A DNA stretch of 64,000 nucleotides from Macrostomum hystrix (lineage: Eukaryota; Animalia; Platyhelminthes): assembly GCA_950097015.1 (NCBI GenBank), contig CATNEN010000001.1:9424001-9488000 (forward strand), given 5' to 3'. The translations under genes were made by a program, and so were the position numbers. Below are positions 51,576 to 64,000 of the stretch, piece after piece. How positions within the stretch are numbered: the stretch's first letter is position 1; each line of letters opens with the position of its first letter. The notes beneath the pieces were generated by a model. It was given only the letters and a program-made list of their open reading frames with translations. It did not search any database and had not been told where the DNA came from.

Positions 51576-52149
51576 TGTGTCTTGGTAAAAGATGTTGAAT
51601 GATTGGGAGTGGTATGCTGGTAAATAGGAAGTGTGAAAATTAGATAGTATGTTAAAGTGCAACGGCTAAAAGCCATCCAATAGTTGAGTGATCAATATGT
51701 ATCTAAGTTATACTTTTGCTTATTCTTGAATAAAATATGTGACATAGAACGCAAAGAGATAAAAAATTGAAAAGCGGATCTGCAGAGAACAAAGGATGTC
51801 GGCGGTTTGACAATGAATGAATGAGTTGCAGAGAAAAATGACTTAGTCACATTGCGGCTCACTCCCAGACAACAAAGAGACGGTCGCTTCTCATCTAAAA
51901 AAATCTGCGAGTTCTTTATAGAAAAAACAAAGAGAGTCGCTTTTTAAGTAACAAAAAACGATAAGCTTGAGAAAGGAGGCAGAGATTTATGCTTTTCTGT
52001 AGAAAAAAATAATGCTTTGTTCTAACTCGTCTGCTCTAGTCTGGGCTAGGAGAAAAAATAATTGTTGCTTTTTTATTATGACTGTACCCTGTTACCGGGG
52101 AAATTGTATAATATGCTTAGAAAGAGATGAATAGAAGTTATAGGAGAGA

Positions 52150-52692
52150 AAAGACAGTCGAGAGATGAGTCCGTTAAGAGATGAGAGATAAGAAAGTTGA
52201 GAGATGAGACAGTTGAGAGATGAGAAAGTTGAGACATGAGACAGTTAAGAGATGAGACAGGCGAGAGGTGAGTCAGTCGAGAGACCAGATAGTTGAGAGA
52301 TGAGACTGTTGAGAGATGAGACAGACAGGCGAGAGATGAGACAGTTGAGAGATGAGACAGGCGAGAGATGAGACAGGCGAGAGGTGAGTCAGTCGAGAGA
52401 CCAAATAGTCGAGAGATGAGACTGTTGAGAGATAAGACAGGCGAGAGATCAGATAGTCGAGAGATTAGACAGTTAAAATATGAGAGAGCTGAGGTATTTT
52501 AGTAATAATTAAGAAGTTGGAATGTACTACGTTAGATTTTAGAGCTAATATCTCTCATCTCTCCCGTGTCAGGAGAGATGAGACACGGGAGAGATGAGAC
52601 GGCAGAGACGAGACACTGGAGAGATAAGACACTGGAGAGATAAGACACTGGAGAGATGGGACTCGGAAAAGATTAAACACAGGAGAGAGAAG
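52150..52692. repeat. GAGATGAGACAG/C-family minisatellite blocks (52150-52490, 52550-52692)
   Basis: Directly visible. Confidence 0.85.
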
Positions 52693-53541
52693 AGCTTATC
52701 TGACCGTACTACTGTTGGTCTATTTTGATATATAAAAAACGAGTTTTGTCTGCTCTGCTCTAGCTAAGAGTCGCTAAGTAGCAAAAACGGTTCATTCAAT
52801 CAGTTCATCGGTCTATGTTCTGTTTGTATATTTCTAGTTTTCTAATAATTGATGAATCCTTCAAACTGCGCAATTGCGAGTTGCCAACTAAAAAAGTGCC
52901 ATCAGTTTTTCTCTCCATCAATCAGTTTTGCCTTTTTTGTCACTTCATCATTGTAGAGTCACTCTATATTCACTGAGGAGTTTCTCATCCCCTCTTCCCA
53001 TCTCCCTTCCGGCTGTCAACGTCAAAAAATAGTTTTTTTCATCATCAATCGACTAACTGGCTAACCGACTAGCTTTATTAAAAAATTTAGTACGAAAATA
53101 AATAATGGACTATTACACACTCACTCGACTGGTCCAGATTCTGAGCACACAAAAGACTAGAGAGTGTGGAGTAGAGATTGAAAAAGTTTTCATGTGCATG
53201 TGTGTGTGCTTCTGCGTGATGGCTTATAATATGGCACCGCGAGGGTGATGAAAATTTTCTACGAATATTTTTTCCTAGTTAATAATAGTGTGCCTAGATA
53301 CGCAGAGCATACATTATGAATCGGGTGCGCGCGTGAATGCGTATGCAGCCTACTGAATGCACCAGAATTTTTTACCCTTCCTCCTCTACGATAGAAGTAG
53401 CCCAACAGACTTTGGGGATGAGAAATTCCAGCATGTCAATAAATCAATAATCCATCAGTCTCCGACCCTCTCTTACTCACTTCCCTTCTCTCTCAAAAAT
53501 ATATATATAGCCCTTTAGCTGAGCAAATGAAAAAGCTGCAC

Positions 53542-54028
53542 AGAGACATAAGAAATGAGACCCGGGAGAGATGAAACACAGGAGAGATAAGACACGGGAG
53601 AGATGAGACACGAGAGAGATAAGACGCTGGAGAGATGAGACACGGCAGAGATGAGACACGGGAGAGATGAGACACGGCAGAGATGAGACACGGGAGAGAT
53701 GAGACACGGCAGAGATGAGACACGGCAGAGATGAGACACGGGAGAGATGAGACACGGCAGAGATGAGACACGGGAGAGATGAGACACGAGAGAGATAAGA
53801 CGCTGGAGAGATGAGACACGGTAGAGATGAGACACGGTAGAGATGAGACACGGGAGAGATAAGACGGCAGAGACGAGACACTGGAGAGATGAGACATGGC
53901 AGAGATAGGACTGGAGAAAGATGAAACACAGGTGAGATGAGACACGGTAGAGATAGGACTCGGGAAAGATGAAACACAGGAGAGAGGAGACACGGTAGAG
54001 ATAAGAGACGAGAGAGATAAGACACGGC
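53542..54028. repeat. GAGATGAGACACGG-family minisatellite
   Basis: Directly visible. Confidence 0.92.
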
Positions 54029-54811
54029 CACAATTGCTCTAGATCACTTAGTTAGGATAACTTAGGAAATGTGTCCATGGACTAAACTGCAGTACACAGG
54101 CTCATTGGTAGCGCCCAATAGCTACGTCCAATATTTGTAAAGTTTTAAGGTCATATTTTAATTGAAAAAAATGTTTCAAAACGGTTACTTTCTGTTCTTT
54201 GCTTTAGTCCTAGTTTAAAAAATTAAAGAAAAAATATTTTCTAAGAAATGCACTCATTATCGTGCTTCATCAATCTTTGCTTTGGAAAGGTATTTCTTGT
54301 TCTTTTTTACCCCTGCTATTGGCGTTGTCAACGAGCTTAGTAGCTACCTAATCTTGCATCCTTAGCAAGCTATTCATAATCTCCCTAAAACTAAAATGCT
54401 TTTCTTTTGTACCTTTCCAGTTTCTGTTTTACTTACATGCCTCTTTCACACAGTAGCTTTTGTCGAAAAAAAGTATTTTAGTTTTTCCCCCACTTCTATT
54501 TCTCTCTACCTTTTTCTTTCTTTTCGACACTTTTTCCCTATTTCCAATTCCTTGTCCAATGCCTTGGCGGTGGCATCAAAGGAATTCAAATTGCTGCTGC
54601 TGCAGCCTTTTGCCTTCTCTGTGTTTCTCTTTAGCCTAGTGTCTCTTCTCCTGTTTCATCGCGAGACGCGTTTCTGTCTCCCCGTGTTTGTTTTGCAGCG
54701 TTATTTCCTCTCTCAATTTTAGTAGACTTTTTTTGCAGAAAAAACATATAAGCATGCAATACTCATTTTGTACAATGCATCTGTTCATGCATTGTCTTTT
54801 GTTTCCTGTAT

Positions 54812-55678
54812 TTCACCTGTTTCTCACCTGTATGTCTATCAGTTTCTCACCTGAATGTCTATCAGTTTCTCACCTGAATGTCTATCAGTTTCTTACCTGA
54901 ATGTCTATCAGTTTCTCACCTGAATGTCTATCAGTTTCTCACCTGAATGTCTATCATTTTCTCACCTGAATGTGTATCAGTTTCTCACCTGAATGTCTAT
55001 CATTTTCTCACCTGAATGTGTATCAGTTTCTCACCTGCATGTCTATCATTTTCTCACCTGCATGTCTATCATTTTCTCACCTGCATGTCTATCAGTTTCT
55101 CACCTGAATGTCTATCAGTTTCTCACCTGTTTGTCTATCAACACCTGCATTTCTATCAGTTTCTCACCTGTATGTCTATCAGTTTCTCACCTGCATGTCT
55201 ATCAGTTTCTCACCTGTTTGTCTATCAGTTTCTCACCTGTTTGTCTATCAACACCTGCATTTCTATCAGTTTCTCACCTGTATGTCTATCAGTTTCTCAC
55301 CTGTTTGTCTATCAACACCGGCATTTCTATCAGTTTCTCACCTGTATGTCTATCAGTTTCTCACCTGCATGTCTATCAGTTTCTCACCTGTTTGTCTATC
55401 AACACCGGCATTTCTATCAGTTTCTCACCTGTATGTCTATCAGTTTCTCACCTGCATGTCTATCAGTTTCTCACCTGTTTGTCTATCAACACCTGCATTT
55501 CTATCAGTTTCTCACCTGTATGTCTATCAGTTTCTCACCTGCAAGTCTATCAGTTTCTCACCTGTTTGTCTATCAGTTTCTCACCTGCAAGTCTATCAGT
55601 TTCTCACCTGTTTGTCTATCAGTTTCTCACCTGTATGTCTATCAGTTTCTCACCTGCATGTCTATCAGTTTCTCACCA
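54812..55678. repeat. Minisatellite, 23-bp unit CACCTG(A/C/T)ATGTCTATCAGTTTCT
   Basis: Directly visible. Confidence 0.95.
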
Positions 55679-56303
55679 GTAAAACCTGATCTTATCGCAA
55701 CGCAATTAGATGTGTGAGCAGTCTCAAACAAAAAAGGCATTTATTTGAGCATTCGCGCGCTGAGGCTTACTAGCTAATTAAAATCTGTTTGTATTAGTAA
55801 ATTGTGTTTAGTTATATGCAGAATTGAAATGGCAGTTTGAGTCTCTATTTATTTTAATTCTAAATTGTTTTAGCTTGACGTAGGCAAAGAGAGAAAAACT
55901 ATTAATTAAACACACGGGCAGTTTAATGTTCTTTTACATAGGACAAAAAACTGTGTTTCTCGTAGCAGTAGGTGCGATCCCTCTCCATTGACAATTGTCA
56001 CAAACCAAACAACAATAATAATAATAATAAAAAAGCTAGTGGTCTATCCAGAAACTTTCTTGAACAATCGCTTATTTCTGCTATTATGTAAATGTGTGCA
56101 TTTCTTGAATTATTTTATTGGGGCAGAATAAAACTGTGCATTGTTTCTAAAGAAAATTTCTTTCCAACTTGTTTTGTTAAAAACGTCTTACACATTTGAG
56201 TTGCGAAGCAATTTCTCACGATTTTTAGTTTATTTTCTTCACTTGCATTTCCGTTTGCTAAAACGATTGGCATAGTACAGAGCTCTACATTTATTATCAT
56301 AGA

Positions 56304-58016
56304 GATTCAGGCTCCTGAAGGTTTTCTAAGGGCCCTGAAGTTTCTGGGTTCTGACGGTTTTCTAGGACCATGAAGTTTCAGGCTCCTGAAGGTTTTATAG
56401 GGCCATGAATTTTCAGGCTCCTGAAGGTTTTATAAGGTCATGAGGTTTCAGGCTCCTGAAGGTTTTATAGTGCCATGAATTTTCAGGCTCCTGAAGGTTT
56501 TATAGGGCCATGAATTTTCAGGCTCCTGCAGGTTTTATAAGGTCATGAGGTTTCAGGCTCCTGAAGGTTTTATAGGGCCATGAAGCTTCAGGCTCCTGAA
56601 GGTTTTATAAGGTCATGAGGTTTCAGGCTCCTGAAGGTTTTTTAGGGCCATGAATTTTCAGGCTCCTGAAGGTTTTATAGGGCCATGAATTTTCAGGCTC
56701 CTGAAGGTTTTATAAGGTCATGAGGTTTCAGGCTCCTGAAGGTTTTATAGTGCCATGAATTTTCAGGCTCCTGAAGGTTTTATAGGGCCATGAATTTTCA
56801 GGCTCCTGAAGGTTTTATAGGGCCATGAATTTTCAGGCTCCTGAAGGTTTTATAAGGTCATGAGGTTTCAGGCTCCTGAAGGTTTTATAGTGCCATGAAT
56901 TTTCAGGCTCCTGAAGGTTTTATAGGGCCATGAATTTTCAGGCTCCTGCAGGTTTTATAAGGTCATGAGGTTTCAGGCTCCTGAAGGTTTTATAGGGCCA
57001 TGAAGCTTCAGGCTCCTGAAGGTTTTATAAGGTCATGAGGTTTCAGGCTCCTGAAGGTTTTTTAGGGCCATGAATTTTCAGGCTCCTGAAGGTTTTATAG
57101 GGCCATGAATTTTCAGGCTCCTGAAGGTTTTATAAGGTCATGAGGTTTCAGGCTCCTGAAGGTTTTATAGTGCCATGAATTTTCAGGCTCCTGAAGGTTT
57201 TATAGGGCCATGAATTTTCAGGCTCCTGAAGGTTTTATAAGTTCGTGAGGTTTCAGGCTCCTGAAGGTTTTATAGTGCCATGAATTTTCAGGCTCCTGAA
57301 GGTTTTATAGGGCCATGAATTTTCAGGCTCCTGAAGGTCTTATAAGGTCATGAGGTTTCAGGCTCCTGAAGGTTTTATAGGGCCATGAAGCTTCAGGCTC
57401 CTGAAGGTTTTATAAGGTCATGAGGTTTCAGGCTCCTGAAGGTTTTTTAGGGCCATGAATTTTCAGGCTCCTGAAGGTTTTATAGGGCCATGAATTTTCA
57501 GGCTCCTGAAGGTTTTATAAGGTCATGAGGTTTCAGGCTCCTGAAGGTTTTATAGGGCCATGAAGCTTCAGGCTCCTGAAGGTTTTATAAGGTCATGAGG
57601 TTTCAGGCTCCTGAAGGTTTTATAGGGCCATGAATTTTCGGGCTCCTGAAGGTTTTATAGGGCCATGAATTTTCAGGCTCCTGAAGGTTTTATAAGGTCA
57701 TGAGGTTTCAGGCTCCTGAAGGTTTTATAGGACCATGAATTTTCAGGCTCCTGAAGGTTTTATAAGGTCATGAGGTTTCAGGCTCCTGAAGGTTTTATAG
57801 GGCCATGAAGCTTCAGGCTCCTGAAGTTTTTATAAGGTCATGAGGTTTCAGGCTCCTGAAGGTTTTATAGGGCCATGAATTTTCAGGCTCCTGAAGGTTT
57901 TATAGGGCCATGAATTTTCAGGCTCCTGAAGGTTTTATAAGGTCATGAGGTTTCAGGCTCCTGAAGTTTTTATAAGGTCATGAGTTTTTAGGCTCCTGAA
58001 GGTTTTATAAGGCCAT
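56304..58016. repeat. Minisatellite, 35-bp unit TTTCAGGCTCCTGAAGGTTTTATAGGGCCATGAAT, ~49 copies, with a 420-bp higher-order duplication
   Basis: Directly visible. Sequence 56461-56810 recurs at 56881-57230, including the CTCCTGCA variant. Confidence 0.97.
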
Positions 58017-58696
58017 CTTCAGACTTCTAAGTGTTATCTCGGCCTCGAATTTAGTGAATTTTGGTATTAAATGGCGGTGTGTGTGTGAACATGGCGCCGA
58101 AAATCTACAGTTGCGGCATGTGGGGTCACGCTAAGGTCGCATTCTCACGTTTTCGCGAGCACAATGTAGCTACTATACAGCTGGAAACTATTAAGTGGAT
58201 CTCCTTCCGCTGTCCCTATCTCCAAGTGATTTTCCACAATAGCTTTTTGCTACAAATTAGTCGGAAGTTTATTGTTTTACCAAAAGCTAGGAACTAAGCA
58301 AAAAGTTACAAGCGCAGAAAGTTTAGAAATGGCTTTTTTGTTCTTGCTTGCCGCCGTACAACAACAAAGTGGCAATATGGCCTACTTGCACGCAGTCCCA
58401 ATTACAAATTGGACAATCCGCAGAATTATTGCTATTGTCTTTGTATTTTGCCGCCAGTATAGCCTAGTATCTACCTACTCTACGATGACGTGTTGTATGC
58501 GTTTTTAGCTAGTTATAGCTCAATATACCCAGGTGTCTAAATGTAACAGACTTTTTTTATTGCCTCGCAGCTTAAGCTTTTATAAAATGCGTCCTCTAAA
58601 AAATAGCAACATTTCCTGTCTATTCAGTTTCTTTTCTGCTAAGTTCCTACTTTAGTTTTTTGTCTGTTTCTTTTTACCTTTTTTTCTGTACAGTAT

Positions 58697-59530
58697 ATGT
58701 CCTCAGTCTCTATCCTGTTTATCACCAGTTTCTATCCTGTTTATCATCAGTTTCTATCCTGTTTATCCTCAGTCTCTATCCTGTTTATCATCAGTTTCTA
58801 TCCTGTTTATCATCTGTTTCCATCCTGTTTATCCTCAGTCTCTATCCTGTTTATCCTCAGTCTCTATCCTGTTTATCATCAGTCTCTATCCTGTTTATCC
58901 TCAGTCTCTATCCTTTTTATCATCAGTTTCTATCCTGTTTATCCTCAGTCTCTATTCTGTTTATCATCAGTTTCTATCCTGTTTATCATCTGTTTCCATC
59001 CTGTTTATCATCAGTTTCTATCCTGTTTATCATCAGTTTCTATCCTGTTTATCCTCAGTCTCTATCCTGTTTATCCTCAGTCTCTATCCTATTTATCATC
59101 AGTTTCTATCCTGTTTATCCTCAGTCTCTATCCTGTTTATCATCAGTTTCTATCCTGTTCATCATCAGTCTCTATCCTGTTTATCATCAGTTTCTATCCT
59201 GTTTATCCTCAGTTTCTATCCTGTTTATCATCAATCTCTATCCTGTTTATCATCAGTTTCTATCCTGTTTATCCTCAGTCTCTATCCTGTTTATAATCCG
59301 TTTCTATCCTGTTTATCATCCGTTTCTATCCTGTTTATCCTTAGTCTCTATCCTGTTTATCATCAGTTTCTATCCTGTTTATCCTTAGTCTCTATCCTGT
59401 TTATCATCCGTTTCTATCCTGTTTATCCTCAGTCTCTATCCTGTTTATCATCAGTTTCTATCCTGTTTATCCTCAGTCTCTATCCTGTTTATAATCCGTT
59501 TCTATCCTGTTTATCATCCGTTTCTATCAG
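58697..59530. repeat. Minisatellite, 22-bp unit TTTATC(A/C)TCAGT(T/C)TCTATCCTG
   Basis: Directly visible. Confidence 0.96.
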
Positions 59531-61293
59531 ATTGTAGCATTTAAATTTGAAATCTGACTTTATCAATTACGTGATGGAATTTTATTTATCGATCGATACC
59601 ATCGGGCAAAATAACGTTTAGTTACTATAGAAACACACAAAAAAATCTGAAACCACAGAGACAGAGGCACTGTTTAGATCGTGACTGTAAAGTCACGATT
59701 TGCAATGCGAACTATATCTAGACTTTTTTCTCCCAGATTAAAATCTTTCTCTTTTGGTCGAAGTTTTTTTTAGTTTGGGATTCTTACACTTTGAAATTAG
59801 CATTTTGGGGGAGGATGGGAAAGGGAAGATTTTTTTACTCGTTTCTCTATAGGTTCTAGTCTGTCTGGGTGCATCTCGCTGTGTGTGTCCTTGTTGACCA
59901 ATGTCTCCGTCTCTCTTCTCTCTCCTCTCTAGTCGTCGTCTTCAAAGCCTTGTCTCTCCCCCTTGGGGATCCGGGCTGCCGGAGGGGGGTTGCTGGGTTG
60001 ATTAGAAGATCTACTATGAATTCTTACTATTACACTATAAAGGGTGAGAGAGAGACAGATAGAAGGCCGATGACTCATCGACCACGTCACCTCGCTCTCA
60101 CCCTCTTTCTCTCCCCCTCTCTCCCCTCCTCTCCTCCTCTGCGCCCCCTCTATTTCTCGCGCAAAGCCTTTCCCACGAGTGTTGTTAAGGCTCCGGCTTT
60201 TCTCTAACGGAACGGAACGGAAGACTTGCGCGCGGAAAAGGGCTAGGAAAAAAATTATTTTATGGATTAGATTAGTTTTATAATCTATAATAAGACTGGT
60301 GGCATGGTCCGGCAGTTAAATATTTTATTGAATCTGTATTTCTACTCCTGTCTGTCTGCTTGGCTGGTTAGATAAAAAAGTGTTTTAGATGGAAATACCA
60401 TGCATGTAGCCAACTTTCCTGTTCCGTTAAAACAAAAAAACCGTAAAAGAATGACCGTTGAAATATAATTTCTAAAATCACTGCTCTGCACTTCTCTCTC
60501 TCTCTCACTCTGCTCTGAGCCCTACTCAACCAGGCTCTCTTGCCCTAGTACTGTACGCTAGCTTTATACTTTGCCAAAATGGCATCTTTTAGCCTAGCGT
60601 CTCCATCACCATCTTCCATCTCCTGTCTTGAAATTAGTTTTTTCTCTCTCTGCTCTCTCATCCTCTTACCGCCGCTTTCTCCACTCCCTTTCTAACCCCC
60701 CCGCTATCGACGCTTTGCTTTAGGCCTCACTGACACACGGGATGTGATTAATCCCACCAACCAGCCTACACCACCCACCTCCTCCCTCTCTCCTCTCTCT
60801 TTCTTCTTTGGCCCATTCCTCCCATCCCCATTCTAAGCCCTAAGGCCTCATTCATTTTCCCCTCGCACACACACCTCATCTCCGCAGATCGCCCCCCCCC
60901 TAGCTCACTCGACCATGTGTCCTCCCGCTCTCCTGCTCACATACACACACATAAGCTCGGAGCTCTTTTTAATTCGCTGCCTCCTCAGTCTTCTCCGCTG
61001 CTGCTTCTGCTGCTGCTTTTTCCCTTATTTTCTTGCTCTATTCGTCAGCTCGAACTCACGATAGAAAATTCGAATTCATGACAGCAACAAAAAATAATTG
61101 CAGATCAACAACGGCGCCAACGTTACTGCTATGAGTCTCACCTGTAGTTTGGCTTGAGCACACGGATTGCTAGTATTCTAGTAGCTAAACTAAAATCCAA
61201 GTTTGAATTCGGCCACTATCAGTATCGTATTCGATCATACCTGCTATCTGTTTCACTGTCTGAAGTCCTTGGTCGCTACTGGCGCAGGCAATT

Positions 61294-64000
61294 ATGAACA
61301 GATTGCCGCATCTTCAGCCGCAGCTGCTGTTGCTGTTGTCGCTAATCTGGCAGCTTTATCTGGTTGCTATGGCGTCGGCAAGCGATCCAGTCATCACTCA
61401 TCCGCCTACCGATGCGTACGCAATGCGCGGATTTGCGCTATCGTTGACCTGCGCTGCTACTGGAGATCCTAAGCCTAGAATTACCTGGTACACAGCTGAC
61501 AATAAGCGACAGGTGACATTCTTTTTTGTTTTTCATTTTCTTCACCTATGGTGATGGCATTTAGAACAAACGCAACAAATTTTAAGCACACACTGGCACC
61601 GCTAGACCAGGGCCACATGCGGCCCTCGAAGCTTCCAAATCCTGTCTAGTATTTCCCTTGTCTCATCTGGAGATGGAGAGTCTCATCTATTTGGTCTCAT
61701 TTCCCGTGTCTCTCGTGTCTTCTTCTCATCTCTCCCCTATCTGATCCCTCCCCTGTCTCATCTCCTCGGGGGTCGGTGGCAGAGCGGTAAACGCGTTTGC
61801 CTCTCGCACCAAGGTCCCTAAGTTCGATTCTACCCTAGCTGATACTGGTACCCATTTTACATCTAAGAATCAAACTCCCGAACCTATAAGTCAGACTTCT
61901 CTAACCTATTGCCACCTGAAACTTCGTCGCAAATCAGGTGAACTCAATGTCGGACAATCCGGTGCGCGGCGAGATTCACCTAGACACTTCGGGCAAGCTC
62001 ACCTTTCTTAACTTCGATCCGAAATTCGAAGGTCGTTATTATTGCAACGCTAGCAACGAGCACCGCTCGGTTGTGAGCGAACCAGTTTGGGCGCGCATCG
62101 CCTTTTTGAGCGACAAATTCCGATCCGAGCCGCAGAGCAAATCGGTGCCAACCGAGTCCACCATTGAAATCGAATGCGACCCCCCGGAGGGCCAACCAAA
62201 GCCGGAGGTCTCCTGGAGTAAGAATGGCTTACCGTTGAACATCGACGACAGGCGCCTAGCTGTCATGGACAACGGCCATCTGCGCATCCTGCGAGCCAGC
62301 GTCTCCGATGCCGGCGAATACGCTTGTCAGGCCAGAAATCTGGCCGGAGAGCAAGTCTCAGCATCCGCCATCATCAGTGTGAAATCGAAGCCGGTGTTTG
62401 TCAGAGCTCCAACAGATGTTCGCGTTATGCAAGACGATAATGCCACCTTCAACTGCATGGCCAGGGGCGAGCCGGCGCCTACGTTGAACTGGCGCAAAGA
62501 TCGCGGCCAGATTGTTAAATCTCGCTCACTGTCGCATAGCAACGGCTCTTTGACAATATTTAACGTTCTGCCCAGCGATGCCGGTAAATACATTTGCGAG
62601 GCTTCAAATAGCGCTGGCACAAACGAAGCCGTCGCTACCCTCTCTGTGCGCTTCAGGCCGGAGTTTGTTGAGACTCCGTTTGATCAGGTGGTAGCCGAAG
62701 GCTCTCGAGTTGTATTCCGCTGTCGCGTTGTCGGCGATCCCAAGCCTAATACATTCTGGTCCCAGGGCCTTGGCATGTACATCTTTGCTGATACTCCGCC
62801 TAGCAGCGAAGAGAAGCTTCGCGGAGTCAGCGTCGGCACAGACGGCTCTCTGATTATCGATCCAGTCCGGCCCATTCATCAGGGCAAGTACGAGTGCCAC
62901 GCTAATAGCTACGCTGGCACAGTGCAGTCCTCCGCCACCCTGACAGTGACGGCTAGAGCCACCTTGGCTCCGATCATCGCCGTGGGTCCGCAGAGCCAGT
63001 CCGTACCGCGCGGTCAGGATTTGCAGTTAAACTGTGAAATTGACAGCGATTATCGGCGAGCTAATACCAGATTTCAGCAGCGAACTATTTGGTACAAGAA
63101 TTCGGAACCGATTAAACATCCAACTAATCGTGTGCACTTCAATATGGATGGATCGTTGAGAATCTACGATTTGCAGCCGTCGGATCGTGGCAACTACACA
63201 TGCGCTATCTCTGTCGGCGGAGAAACCACCAAATGGCCAACACCTGCCGTTATTAACGTCATCAATCAACCGACATCTTCAGACGATCTTAATCGTCGCC
63301 GACCAGACGTCATCGACTTGCCGCGTCCGCCTAGGGCCATTGTTGTCACCGATAAAGGCGTCGATTGGGTTTTATTGAAGGTCACCCCGGACACATCCTC
63401 GCCTGCAGTGTTGGATGGCGAGTCGCCGCGTTATCAGGTGGAATATTTGTCTCACGATCTTGGCTCCGGTTGGCAGATGTTTCCTCACCTATTTGAGTCC
63501 GAGACTCTGAAAGTTGAAGGCCTGCGCAGTGAGACGTCTTATCAGTTTCTGGTGCGCACAGTCACTAGTCGCGGCGTATCGAAGCCGTCCGCATTATCGC
63601 CTGCGGTGCACACGGAGGCTAAGACTCCGGACGACCAGTTCCGCTACTCGGACATACCGCAGTACTTGCAAAAGATGCGCTACTCAAATTTCCGCTTGGA
63701 GGTGATGAAGAAGGATGTAGTGCGCGTCATGTGGATGGTTGAAGCGAAGAAAAACACTTTAGAACTGACGCATGGCTTTCACGTCAATTATCGCGCCGTA
63801 CCGCTTCGTCGCTGCATCGATATTAGCCAACTAACAGAACTAGATCGCAACAGTCATTGCTCATTAAAGAATGAGGAACAGTTGATTAATCATTTGAGAT
63901 CTAGAACTGGCAAACCAGGCGTCGGTGCTGCTTCAGCTTCTTCTTCGTCTGCGGCAGCCTATCCAGACGGTCTCGATGGCGAAGAAAGTTTAAGCTATGC
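61294..64000 (+). CDS. robo: Roundabout (Robo) family Ig/FN3 receptor, 5' part. Exon 61294-61512, exon 61938->64000 (continues past the window end)
   Basis: Signal peptide; Ig1 PVITHPP...LTCAATGDPKPRITWY...EGRYYCNASN; Robo Ig2 signature IAFLSDKFRSEP...IECDPPEGQPKPEVSW; five Ig domains, then FN3 (YQVEY...GSGWQ...VEGLRSETSYQFLVR). Phase-0 GT-AG intron 61513-61937. Confidence 0.88.
61768..61865 (+). mobile_element. SINE family A tRNA head joined to an inverted SINE family B core fragment, in robo intron 1
   Basis: GGGGTCGGTGGCAGAGCGGTAAACGCGTTTGCCTCTCGCACCAAGGTCCCTAAGTTCGATTC, then TAGCTGATACTGGTACCCATTTTACA, similar to CAGCTAATGCTGGCACCCATTTAACA at ~5957-5982. Confidence 0.7.

Noticed and set aside
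56304-58016. CRISPR-like 35-bp repeat with an internal hairpin
   Set aside because: Units are contiguous with no unique spacers, there are no cas genes, and the context is eukaryotic.
44605-59388. Long low-complexity ORFs (SVDV, TDTS, VCLS, SSHH, CLISP, YQFLT, LSSVSIL types)
   Set aside because: All coincide with minisatellites and are open in multiple frames or on both strands.
61768-61835. Standalone tRNA gene (also the heads at ~6040-6098, ~9840-9908 and ~17129-17195)
   Set aside because: No complete acceptor or anticodon stems, and elsewhere the same heads continue into SINE bodies.

Overview
Eukaryotic (animal) genomic DNA: spliced genes, tRNA-derived SINEs, MITEs and about 15 minisatellite arrays. 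Gene content and repeat style suggest a free-living flatworm such as Macrostomum (inference only). Genes reconstructed by hand from GT-AG boundaries and reading-frame phase: (1) an SLC15/POT-like MFS transporter with an uninterrupted CDS (-); (2) a Dishevelled homologue with PDZ and DEP but no DIX exon found (-); (3,4) two tandem secreted paralogues of signal peptide + PAN/Apple-like + ALK/LTK-type glycine-rich domain (+); (5) a ~1,400-aa cGAS-like/Mab-21 nucleotidyltransferase; (6) the 5' part of a Roundabout receptor (+). Gene 5 is the main find. Four separate ORF-track entries join, through two in-frame introns and one 1-nt frameshift, into one protein: ~17 x 33-aa helical repeats, ankyrin repeats, a cGAS-like NTase and a helical C-terminus. 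It lies ~0.75 kb downstream of a same-strand hsp70-type promoter (TATAAATA plus three heat-shock elements), making it a candidate stress-inducible cGAS-like receptor. Most long ORFs in 3.4-9 kb and 35-60 kb are translations of tandem repeats, not genes.
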